A stretch of DNA of 56,107 nt from contig JAFVOP010000112.1 in NCBI GenBank assembly GCA_017505745.1, forward strand, positions 1-56,107. Reading direction: 5' to 3'. The DNA comes from Clostridia bacterium. GTDB taxonomy: Bacteria > Bacillota > Clostridia > Oscillospirales > CAG-272. The notes beneath the pieces are model-generated. The model was not told the DNA's origin, searched no databases, and saw nothing but the letters and a program-made list of their open reading frames with translations. Numbering within the stretch: the stretch's first letter is position 1; every line of letters begins with the position of its first letter. Below, one piece after another: positions 1 through 7,144 of this stretch. The position numbers and the translations under genes were made by a program.

Positions 1-66
1 ACGATCTCCTGCGCGGGAAGTCCTGAAAGCCAATGGCGGATTCCTTGCTCTTTTTTTACGAGGGTC

Positions 67-95
67 TTGACGAAAAAATTCTCTTGTGTTATAAT
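67..95 (+). promoter_or_regulatory. sigma-A-type promoter (TTGACG, 17-nt spacer, TGtTATAAT). It fires into the antisense of spoIIID and toward the methyltransferase gene at 478.
   Basis: TTGACG lies at 67-72 and TATAAT at 90-95, with a 17-nt spacer. TG at 87-88 gives an extended -10. There is no plus-strand gene before 478. Confidence 0.5.
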
Positions 96-119
96 AAATG
101 GGCCGAAATAATACAGAAA

Positions 120-392
120 TTACCCGTTCCCGCGTTGCATTTCACTGTATTTTAGCCGCGTGGCTTCTCCTCCGCGCAAATGACGCTCCTGCTTGTTTTT
201 GTAAAGCAGCTTTTGAACCTCGTCATAAAGGCCTTTGTTTACATTTTTCAGCGTTTGCGTGACGTCTTTATGTACCGTGCTTTTGCTGATTCCAAATATC
301 TGCGCGGCCGAGCGTACGGTTGCCTGTGTTTCCACGAGATATTCTCCCAAAATCACACACCGTTCCCTGCCACCCCAATCCGACACCATCAT
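120..392 (-). CDS. spoIIID: Stage III sporulation transcription factor SpoIIID (90 aa)
   Basis: The C-terminal 90 aa of the 209-aa track ORF contain 'LGEYLVETQATVRSAAQIFGISKSTVHKDVT', which matches the SpoIIID HTH core (B. subtilis 'IGKYIVETKKTVRVIAKEFGVSKSTVHKDL'). The start is set at ATG 392 because an AGGGGG RBS lies about 9 nt upstream. Confidence 0.85.
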   Translation of the reverse strand: MMVSDWGGRERCVILGEYLVETQATVRSAAQIFGISKSTVHKDVTQTLKNVNKGLYDEVQKLLYKNKQERHLRGGEATRLKYSEMQRGNG

Positions 393-432
393 CTCTTCGG
401 TCCCCCTTCTATCTTCGAAGTGATCTGATACC

Positions 433-440
433 ATTGTATG
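433..440 (-). promoter_or_regulatory. Possible sigma-E-type -10 element (CATACAAT) upstream of spoIIID
   Basis: The reverse complement of 433-440 is CATACAAT, close to the CATACAnT sigma-E -10 consensus. It lies about 40 nt upstream of the spoIIID start. B. subtilis spoIIID is sigma-E dependent. Confidence 0.3.
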
Positions 441-477
441 TACAAAAACACCAAAAATAGAACGGAAATTACACAAA

Positions 478-1248
478 ATGAAAAAAGAAGCTGAAAAAAC
501 ACTCCCCTCCAATATTTTCGAAGGAATGACCTCAATCTCCGCGCTTTTGAACAGTGATTGCGGAAATGACCGCATGATAGAGCGTATTTGGATCGATACC
601 GCGAAGCGAAGCTCCAAGGCTGCCGAAATTGGATTTCTGAATGCGAAATCCAAGGAACTTGGCTTTGAAATAGAATTTGTTTCCTCCGAGCAGATCAATG
701 AGGTGTGCGTTGGGCATACACACGGTGGTATGATCGCCTTTTGTTCCAATCGGACGTTTCCCGAATTAACCTCCGATGCAATTGCGGAAAATGGATTTTA
801 CGTTTATCTGGAGGGTGTAGAGGATCCGTACAATTTTGGATATACTCTGCGCGCTCTATACGCCGCCGGAGTCAACGGCGTGGTCTTACCCGAGCGAAAC
901 TGGATGAGCGCTGCCGGAGTAGTGGCACGCGCGTCAGCTGGGACCTCCGAGCGGATGCCGATTTTTACCGCAGGAGCCGAGGAGGTGATCCCATTGTTCA
1001 AGGAGCGTAACTATAGTGTACTGTGCGCGGGGATCCGCGACTCCGTATCGGTATTTGATGAGGATCTCCCATTCCCGATCCTGTTGGTGATTGGAGGGGA
1101 AAAACGTGGCATTTCCCGCAATCTTTTGAGCCGGGCAGACAAAATTATTCGTATCGACTACGGAAGAAGCTTTCGCGGTTCCCTTTCCGCCGCTTCTGCC
1201 GCAACGGTAATGGCATTTGAAATTTTTCGAAAAAACAAGAAATCCTAA
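478..1248 (+). CDS. SpoU/TrmH-family RNA 2'-O-methyltransferase
   Basis: 256-aa ORF. C-terminal SpoU-type motifs are present ('LLVIGGEKRGIS', 'IRIDYGRSFRGSLSAASAATVMAFEI'), and the N-terminal part resembles the substrate-binding domain of RlmB/TsnR-like enzymes. Confidence 0.75.
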   Translation: MKKEAEKTLPSNIFEGMTSISALLNSDCGNDRMIERIWIDTAKRSSKAAEIGFLNAKSKELGFEIEFVSSEQINEVCVGHTHGGMIAFCSNRTFPELTSDAIAENGFYVYLEGVEDPYNFGYTLRALYAAGVNGVVLPERNWMSAAGVVARASAGTSERMPIFTAGAEEVIPLFKERNYSVLCAGIRDSVSVFDEDLPFPILLVIGGEKRGISRNLLSRADKIIRIDYGRSFRGSLSAASAATVMAFEIFRKNKKS

Positions 1249-1253
1249 TCCTA

Positions 1254-1299
1254 TAAAAAAACGGATTCCACAGAAGCTTCTGTGAATCCGTTTTTCTTT
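1254..1299. terminator. Bidirectional intrinsic terminator
   Basis: A roughly 15-bp stem (acggattccacagaag / cttctgtgaatccgt) has an A-run before it and a T-run after it. It sits between convergent genes. Confidence 0.75.
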
Positions 1300-1300
1300 T

Positions 1301-2419
1301 CTATTCCCCCTTTTTACGAAGGAAGAAATCGCTCAACATAGTTTTCGTATTCAGTTCAAACAGAGCCGACAGGGTTTTCTGAATGGTTTTATGAACCTGA
1401 GGATCCAACGCCGAGCTCTTCTTGAGCCATTTGTTCTTGGTAACGGCAACCAGATCAGTCAATGTCAACGCGTTATCCGACGATAGAATCTGATACAACG
1501 CTTCTACAAACTGCTCCCGTTGCTCCGGGGTCATGCTGCGAATCCAAGTATTCAGTGTTTTGTCAAAACGCTTGCTCTCCCCCGAAATGCTTTTCAAGCG
1601 AACAAAAGAGCTTCCCATCACTTCCCACGTCAATCCATCGTGTTGAAAAAGGCCTGTTTGACGGCTTTTCACCACGGCGTAATTTTCATCATGCTCCAAT
1701 AGCATCCCTACGATGGAGGACTGCGGCACCAAGGTGCGGATCACCGGGCGCATTTCAATATATTCCAGACTGTTGAGCATTCCGCCTCCAAATCCGGGGC
1801 CGTCATTGCTCCATACCTGTTGAATCCGTTTTTGAATCGATGGTTCGCATTTTACCGCCGCATATACCGCAAGATTCCCCCCCTTGCTATGGCCGGTTAC
1901 CCGCAAAAACTTGTTTGGGGAATGCTTGGCGGCAAGCGTGAGATACTTTACCGCTTCTTCCTGCGCGGGTACCACCGGAAGGAAGCTCATATTAAAATCT
2001 TCCTTCCAACCCACCAGTGTATCATCGGTGCCGCGATAAACGATCAGCGTGGTTTCGTCATCCACCAAAAAAGTAGTAGCTGAAAACTGCATTTCTTTTT
2101 CGATATCGATCAAATTGACGTGTGCCTTTAACCCCACGTTTCGAAATCTACGGGTATCCTTTGCCATGCGAAACACCTTTATAATGTTTTTCGGCACGAT
2201 CACACCCATTGATATTTTTCTCGGGTCCGGATTTTTGGAAAAGAATGCGTTGGCGGCCGCTCGCAAAGAAACGGTGGCACCGTCGTGCGCATCCGGCACA
2301 ATTCCCTTGAGATCGAGATAAGATAGCAAAGAAAAGATCAAACTGTCTACTTCATTGAACGGCGCTTCCGTAAAGGAAAGCTCTCCTCGCCAATTCATGT
2401 AATCGTACAGAGTTCCCAT
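1301..2419 (-). CDS. Mbeg1-like / DUF2974 alpha/beta hydrolase (lipase-like)
   Basis: 372-aa ORF. It has the nucleophile elbow 'GHSKGG' and the N-terminal 'YDYMNWRGELSF' typical of DUF2974 proteins. Confidence 0.7.
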   Translation of the reverse strand: MGTLYDYMNWRGELSFTEAPFNEVDSLIFSLLSYLDLKGIVPDAHDGATVSLRAAANAFFSKNPDPRKISMGVIVPKNIIKVFRMAKDTRRFRNVGLKAHVNLIDIEKEMQFSATTFLVDDETTLIVYRGTDDTLVGWKEDFNMSFLPVVPAQEEAVKYLTLAAKHSPNKFLRVTGHSKGGNLAVYAAVKCEPSIQKRIQQVWSNDGPGFGGGMLNSLEYIEMRPVIRTLVPQSSIVGMLLEHDENYAVVKSRQTGLFQHDGLTWEVMGSSFVRLKSISGESKRFDKTLNTWIRSMTPEQREQFVEALYQILSSDNALTLTDLVAVTKNKWLKKSSALDPQVHKTIQKTLSALFELNTKTMLSDFFLRKKGE

Positions 2420-2451
2420 TTTTGTTCTCTCCTATCTTGATGTTGCTATCA

Positions 2452-3939
2452 TCAGCAACCGTGAAACAGCCGCTTGCTCTCGTAAATAGGGTCACAGGTG
2501 AGGTGAATTCCCAGCTTTTTCATGGTGTTTTCATCGTTTCCGGCTAAAATCACCGAGGAATGAAGCTCACAGTTACGCAAATTCGGCAATTGCTCCTGCG
2601 CCTTTGCGGCAATCGGATCCGACACGGCACAGATCGAAAGCGCAATCAAAAGCTCATTGGGATGCAGGCGCGGATTTCTGCTTCCCAGAGTTTTCACCTT
2701 AAGATTGGTGATCGGCTCCAAAATCTCCGGCGAGATCAAATCGATGCGGTCATCGATATCGGCAAGCGTTTTCAAAGCATTCAAAATGGCCGCAGATGCC
2801 GCGCCCAGGAGCCGCGAGGTTTTTCCGGTGATGATCCTTCCGTCCGCCAATTCGATGGCAACCGCAGGTTTTCCGGTGGAGGTTGCCTTTTCACGCGCTA
2901 CCTCAGCCACGCGACGGAAAGTCTCGTCAATTCCCGAAGACTTCATAATCAGCTTGAGTTTTTCCACGTCACGGGCATCCCCGCTTCCCTTTCGTTGATT
3001 GGAAAGCGCGGTATAATAGCGGCGAACGATCTCCATTTTGGCAGCTTGACAAACCGCTTCGTCATCCACAATGCAGTTTCCTGCCATATTCACACCCATA
3101 TCCGTGGGAGAGCGATAAGGAGAAGAACCGTTGATGCGCTGAAGCATTTCATTCAAAAGCGGAAAGATCTCTACGTCGCGGTTATAGTTGACTGCCGTTT
3201 CTCCGTATGCCTCCAGATGATACGGATCGATCATGTTCATGTCGTTAAGATCGGCCGTTGCAGCCTCGTAGGCAATATTCACAGGATGCTTGAGCGGGAG
3301 ATTCCAAACCGGAAAGGTTTCAAACTTGGCATATCCCGAATGGATGCCTTGCTTGTGATCATAGTAAAGCTGGCTCAGGCAGGTGGCCATTTTCCCACTT
3401 CCGGGTCCCGGGGCCGTGACAACCACCAAGGAACGGGTGGTCTCGATATAATCGTTTCTTCCATATCCCTCCTCGCTGACGATACGGTCAATGTCGGCGG
3501 GATATCCGGGGATTGAATAATGGCGGTAAACGCGAAGGCCGAGCGATTCCAAGCGCTTTTGGAATTTCTCCGCAGCGGGCTGCTCCTGCCAACGGGTGAG
3601 AACCACACTGCCAACAAACAGGCCAAAGCTACGGAATGCATCGATCAAGCGCAACGTATCCAAATCATAGGTAATACCGAGATCTCCACGCACTTTATTC
3701 TTTTCAATATCGTTGGCATTGATCACGATCACGATCTCGGCCTGCTCCTTCAGTTGGATCAACATCCGAATCTTACTGTCCGGAGCAAATCCGGGTAACA
3801 CCCGCGCCGCATGATAGTCGTCAAACAGCTTGCCACCAAACTCCAGATAAAGCTTGCCTCCAAACTGCTCGATGCGCTCACGAATCTTTTCAGATTGCAT
3901 CTCAATGTATTTTTGATTGTCAAAGCCCTGTTTATACAT
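2452..3939 (-). CDS. DUF1846 (UPF0371) family protein
   Basis: 495-aa ORF beginning 'MYKQGFDNQKYIEMQSEKIRERI..GGKLYLEFGGKLFDDYHAARVLPGF', characteristic of the UPF0371 family. An AAGGGAG RBS is present. Confidence 0.8.
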   Translation of the reverse strand: MYKQGFDNQKYIEMQSEKIRERIEQFGGKLYLEFGGKLFDDYHAARVLPGFAPDSKIRMLIQLKEQAEIVIVINANDIEKNKVRGDLGITYDLDTLRLIDAFRSFGLFVGSVVLTRWQEQPAAEKFQKRLESLGLRVYRHYSIPGYPADIDRIVSEEGYGRNDYIETTRSLVVVTAPGPGSGKMATCLSQLYYDHKQGIHSGYAKFETFPVWNLPLKHPVNIAYEAATADLNDMNMIDPYHLEAYGETAVNYNRDVEIFPLLNEMLQRINGSSPYRSPTDMGVNMAGNCIVDDEAVCQAAKMEIVRRYYTALSNQRKGSGDARDVEKLKLIMKSSGIDETFRRVAEVAREKATSTGKPAVAIELADGRIITGKTSRLLGAASAAILNALKTLADIDDRIDLISPEILEPITNLKVKTLGSRNPRLHPNELLIALSICAVSDPIAAKAQEQLPNLRNCELHSSVILAGNDENTMKKLGIHLTCDPIYESKRLFHGC

Positions 3940-3965
3940 TTTTCATAGCTCCCTTTTCGTTCTCA

Positions 3966-5279
3966 TCAGTTTAAGGAATAGGATCCGTCGCCATGCACGG
4001 TTATATCGGATTGGTAAAAAGACGTCATTGCATCGATCAGATATGCCACATCCATCACACCCGCGGTTTCATAGGAAGAATGCATCGCAAGCTGCGCCAT
4101 ACCGATATCCACCGTAATCAACGGAACCAGCGTGTTGGAAATGCTTCCAAGCGTGGAGCCTCCCGGCATATCGCTACGATTGGCGTAATACTGCACGGGA
4201 ACCTTTGCACGGCGGCAGATCTCGGCAAACAGCGCGGAGGAGATCCCGTCAGTGGTATATTTTTGCGCCGCGTTGGACTTGATGACAACTCCGCCGTTCA
4301 TACGCGGGAAATTGGTTGAATCGCTTAGTTCAGGATGATTTGGATGTTTTGCGTGGCCGTTGTCGGCCGAAACCATCATGGAAGACGCCAACATGCAGCG
4401 TTTGTCGGTTCCCAGGGATTCGCAGATGCGATCCAAGGTATCCGAAAGGAATACCGAGCCGGCTCCCTGCTTGGTAGCGCTTCCGGTTTCCTCGTTATCG
4501 GCCGCATAATACACGGTTACAGCAGCCGCAGAGGAAGCATTGCAAAAGCCCTCCAGCGTACCGTAAGCACACATCAAATTGTCAATGCGAGGAGCCGAGA
4601 AAAACTCTCTGTTTGCCCCCCAAACCGTTCCGGGAGTTCTGGAAATTACGTAGAGGTCCATTCCGGCAATCTCCTCTTCCCGGCAGGAAAGCTCCTCGGC
4701 AAGTAGCTTGGCAAGTGTGTTTCCTCCCTCCCTCTGCTCCGCGAAAAGGGGGACCAGATCCACGGCAGGGTTATAGGCATATCCGGAATTGACCGTACGG
4801 TTCATATGAATCGCTACGTTGGGGATCAACAAGAGATCGCGATCGATTTTTACGGTTTTTGCAAGGAAATTCCCTTCTTTTGCAAGGATCACGCGTCCCG
4901 CAAGAGAAAGAGGGCGGTCGAACCAGGAGGACAGGATCGTTCCTCCGTAAACCTCGGTGTTGAGGCGCACATATGTATTTGCAACCGAAAGCTCGTAGTT
5001 TTTCTTAAGCTTAAACATGGGCGAATCGGTATGACTTGCCGCAATCAAAAAGTGCTTGGGAGCCTCTTTGGGAATACGGAACGCGAGAATCGATGATTGA
5101 TTTCTTGTCACATAATATCCGCATCCCGCCTTCAGACTCCATTCGTCTGCTTCTTGCAGGCGCACAAATCCCTTTGCTTCCAGCTTTTCCACCGCGGAAT
5201 CCACCGCGTGAAACGCCGTTGGACTGTTCTCAATAAAGCGAAGAAGCTCGCTTGTAGCATCGACTTTTTTTTGATACAT
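3966..5279 (-). CDS. M18-family aminopeptidase
   Basis: The 437 aa from 'MYQKKVDATSELLRFIENSPTAFHAV' include 'ASHTDSP', 'FSAPRIDN', 'DNEETGS' and 'MHS..E' motifs of aspartyl/M18 aminopeptidases. The longer track ORF start (5408) adds a low-complexity leader and is not used. Confidence 0.8.
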   Translation of the reverse strand: MYQKKVDATSELLRFIENSPTAFHAVDSAVEKLEAKGFVRLQEADEWSLKAGCGYYVTRNQSSILAFRIPKEAPKHFLIAASHTDSPMFKLKKNYELSVANTYVRLNTEVYGGTILSSWFDRPLSLAGRVILAKEGNFLAKTVKIDRDLLLIPNVAIHMNRTVNSGYAYNPAVDLVPLFAEQREGGNTLAKLLAEELSCREEEIAGMDLYVISRTPGTVWGANREFFSAPRIDNLMCAYGTLEGFCNASSAAAVTVYYAADNEETGSATKQGAGSVFLSDTLDRICESLGTDKRCMLASSMMVSADNGHAKHPNHPELSDSTNFPRMNGGVVIKSNAAQKYTTDGISSALFAEICRRAKVPVQYYANRSDMPGGSTLGSISNTLVPLITVDIGMAQLAMHSSYETAGVMDVAYLIDAMTSFYQSDITVHGDGSYSLN

Positions 5280-5453
5280 ACCGCCATTCCTGCCTTTTTC
5301 AAAATTCTCTTTTATTATAACACATTCAAATCTCAAAATCAACACCAAATAAAAAGGATTTTTAATGATCGTAAAAATAATTTTTAAAAAACAAACCATA
5401 AAAAACAAGCTGAAAGAAAAGAAAAATAATTTTAAAAAAATATAGAAAACCTA

Positions 5454-5482
5454 TTGCTTTTTCTTTTAAAGTATGGTATAAT
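5454..5482 (+). promoter_or_regulatory. sigma-A promoter of tRNA-Val (TTGCTT, 17-nt spacer, TGgTATAAT) with an A/T-rich UP region
   Basis: The -35 is at 5454-5459 and the -10 at 5477-5482, with an extended TG. The predicted start is a few nt before the tRNA. It shares an identical 16-mer, CTATTGCTTTTTCTTT, with the promoter at 55599. Confidence 0.7.
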
Positions 5483-5494
5483 ATTTGCCGTTGC

Positions 5495-5571
5495 GGAGGC
5501 ATAGCTCAGTTGGTTAGAGTGCATGCTTGACATGCATGAGGTCGCTGGTTCGAACCCAGCTGTCTCCACCA
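5495..5571 (+). tRNA. tRNA-Val (anticodon GAC), CCA encoded
   Basis: A 77-nt cloverleaf was folded by hand. The acceptor is GGAGGCA/TGTCTCC, the anticodon stem CATGC/GCATG with loop TTGACAT, and the T-arm GCTGG-TTCGAAC-CCAGC. Discriminator A plus CCA follow. Confidence 0.9.
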
Positions 5572-5577
5572 ACAAAA

Positions 5578-5614
5578 AAGCCTAATTTGTCTGGTAGACA
5601 AATTAGGCTTTTTT
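5578..5614 (+). terminator. Intrinsic terminator after tRNA-Val
   Basis: A 12-bp stem (gcctaatttgtc / gacaaattaggc) with loop tggta is followed by TTTTTT. Confidence 0.85.
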
Positions 5615-5615
5615 G

Positions 5616-5789
5616 AATGATGTTTGCCTTCGGCAAATGATGACGGCTTCGCCTAATGATGTTCGCTTCGCGAATGATGCGTGGCTTCGCCACATTTGGG
5701 GGCAAACATCGCCTCATTGCGGAACGCAGTGGAGCAACATCATTTTGAGCGATGCGAAAAACATCATATCGCCGCAGGCGATGCATCAT
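5616..5789. repeat. Array A of short hairpin units (ATGATG or CATCAT spacer plus a GC-rich triloop hairpin). Four units are direct and three to four are inverted.
   Basis: ATGATG occurs at 5617, 5637, 5656 and 5674. CATCAT occurs at 5738, 5762 and 5784. The hairpins are tttgcc-ttc-ggcaaa, ggc-ttc-gcc, ttcgc-ttc-gcgaa, gtggc-ttc-gccac, tgcg-gaa-cgca and atcgcc-gca-ggcgat. Confidence 0.8.
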
Positions 5790-5818
5790 TTGACAAACAA
5801 GCAATTTCGTGATATAAT
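5790..5818 (+). promoter_or_regulatory. Perfect-consensus sigma-A promoter (TTGACA, 17-nt spacer, TGaTATAAT)
   Basis: TTGACA is at 5790-5795 and TATAAT at 5813-5818, with a 17-nt spacer and an extended -10 TG. It lies 24 nt upstream of the AAGGAGG RBS and start of the four-helix-bundle gene. Confidence 0.75.
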
Positions 5819-5841
5819 AACTGAAAAGGAGGTGCGACTAT

Positions 5842-6195
5842 ATGAAAGAAAACAAACTCGTCGAACTTTCAATGGACTTCTCCGTTGACATTATAAACCT
5901 CGTTAAGTTTCTAAAAGCTAATCACGAAACGATTATATCCAACCAAATCGGCAGAAGCGGCACCTCAATCGGTGCGAATATTCACGAAGCGCAATACGCA
6001 CAGGGTACAAAGGATTTTATATCTAAATTTGAAATTGCCCTTAAAGAAGCAAGTGAAACGGGATATTGGCTCGAATTACTTTATAGAACCAAGTATATAG
6101 ATGAGCAAACTTTCAAAGCGCTATCCTCTAAATGTACCTCGTTGCGAGTTATGCTCATCGCTTCTTGTAAAACTGCAAAGGAGAACGCAAAATGA
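5842..6195 (+). CDS. Four-helix-bundle protein (23S rRNA intervening-sequence protein / Avd-like family)
   Basis: 117-aa ORF. 'QIGRSGTSIGANIHEAQYAQGTKDFISKFEIALKEASETGYWLELL' matches the family signature (R-x-x-x-SI-x-x-NI-x-E, KD-F, E-x-x-YWL). A strong AAGGAGG RBS is present. Confidence 0.85.
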   Translation: MKENKLVELSMDFSVDIINLVKFLKANHETIISNQIGRSGTSIGANIHEAQYAQGTKDFISKFEIALKEASETGYWLELLYRTKYIDEQTFKALSSKCTSLRVMLIASCKTAKENAK

Positions 6196-6806
6196 AAAAA
6201 CTGTTATGTATCATTTTTACTTGCGCAATTTTGCTGTCTTTTTCCTCTTGCTCGTTAGCGGAAAGATTTACCGGGGATATGAGCCAACTCGATTATGACG
6301 AAGATCATAATTTGTTGTATAACGATAATGCTTATTATCGTGCTGATGATCGTTTTGGGGTGAGAACAGGCGAGGACGATAAAGTTATTGAGCTTGGTTG
6401 GCAATCTCAGTTTCCCTTCTTTCCCGATATGCACTACTACGCTTTTGATGAGGATAATCCGTTATTCATTTTTTGCGAAAATAGAGAATCTACGTTGTAC
6501 ACTAAAGGTGTATACGTAAGATCGGATTACGATCTTTATACCCAAGTATATGCTGTAGAGAACTCTAATATTGAGATTCCTCTTGTATCGGCTATGACAC
6601 AAAGTGATGTTGCAACTACAGCGATAGATCACAAAACGCATATATACCTGAAAATGTTTTTGAAAGATGATCCTCGCATACAAATAGAGCTATCTGGTCC
6701 ATATCAATATAATGATAATTGGTATTTTATATATATGGGTGAAACTTGGATCATAAGTGATAAATTTGTTGCAATGCTGATAGACAATAATATTGTGGGC
6801 GAATAA
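6192..6806 (+). CDS. Hypothetical lipoprotein
   Basis: 204-aa ORF. It has a signal peptide with the lipobox-like 'LLSFSSC'. Its start overlaps the upstream stop (ATGA at 6192-6195), and a GGAG RBS is present. No recognisable domain. Confidence 0.7.
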   Translation: MKKLLCIIFTCAILLSFSSCSLAERFTGDMSQLDYDEDHNLLYNDNAYYRADDRFGVRTGEDDKVIELGWQSQFPFFPDMHYYAFDEDNPLFIFCENRESTLYTKGVYVRSDYDLYTQVYAVENSNIEIPLVSAMTQSDVATTAIDHKTHIYLKMFLKDDPRIQIELSGPYQYNDNWYFIYMGETWIISDKFVAMLIDNNIVGE

Positions 6807-6837
6807 TTTTGATCCCTGTTTGTTATAAGTTGAATTG

Positions 6838-6886
6838 GACACCTTTTGTTCGTTTTTACCTCGTTTAGACACCTTTTATCACGTTT
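6838..6886 (+). repeat. Two 19-nt direct repeats spaced 30 bp apart (GACACCTTTTgTtCgTTT / GACACCTTTTaTcaCGTTT)
   Basis: gacaccttttgttcgtttt lies at 6838-6856 and gacaccttttatcacgttt at 6868-6886. Both are in the intergenic region upstream of the small membrane protein gene. Confidence 0.6.
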
Positions 6887-6946
6887 AAGGCAGCAAAAAA
6901 AGGAACTGTTGATTGCAAGCTGTTAAACCTTGAAGGAGAACATAAA

Positions 6947-7144
6947 ATGAAGAAAGTAAATATTTTACAACTTATAGCCTCCATTTGTTTATTGATTGGC
7001 AGTATTATAAATCTGTTGAATTTATTGATGGAGATTCCATTTGCACTCTATGTTTGTACAGGCCCACTTCTCTTAATATCGGTGATCTTATTCGGTATTG
7101 TCATTGTCAAACAGATAAGAGAAAGGAAAAACGAAAAGAAATAA
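6947..7144 (+). CDS. Small hypothetical membrane protein (two predicted TM helices)
   Basis: 65-aa ORF with a GAAGGAGA RBS. It has two hydrophobic stretches and a basic C-terminus, 'RERKNEKK'. Confidence 0.55.
   Translation: MKKVNILQLIASICLLIGSIINLLNLLMEIPFALYVCTGPLLLISVILFGIVIVKQIRERKNEKK

Noticed and set aside
1-35. A possible 3' end of a plus-strand gene ('...DLLRGKS*') followed by a T-run.
   Set aside because: Only 11 codons are visible and I could not fold a convincing terminator stem before the T-run, so it cannot be supported as a feature.
393-749. The N-terminal 119-aa extension of the spoIIID ORF (track ORF 120-749).
   Set aside because: SpoIIID is a protein of about 90 aa. A good RBS precedes the internal ATG at 392. 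The extension also overlaps the divergent methyltransferase gene and the intergenic promoter region.
5616-5789. A CRISPR array or integron attC sites as an explanation for the hairpin repeats.
   Set aside because: The units are only about 20 nt, with no unique spacers of about 30 nt and no cas genes. The array ends (GTTTGAC / TTTGAC) do not fit the attC GTTRRRY core, and no integron integrase is present.
5514-5888. Track ORFs 5514-5804 (minus) and 5613-5888 (plus) that span the hairpin repeat array.
   Set aside because: One runs through the tRNA-Val gene and its terminator, and the other runs into the four-helix-bundle gene in another frame. The repeat unit length (18-24 nt, variable) is incompatible with a conserved peptide repeat, and there is no RBS.
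5842-6946. A diversity-generating retroelement, suspected because of the Avd-like four-helix-bundle gene.
   Set aside because: There is no reverse transcriptase gene in the window. The 140-nt region after the lipoprotein gene shows no similarity to its 3' end, so no template/variable repeat pair exists.
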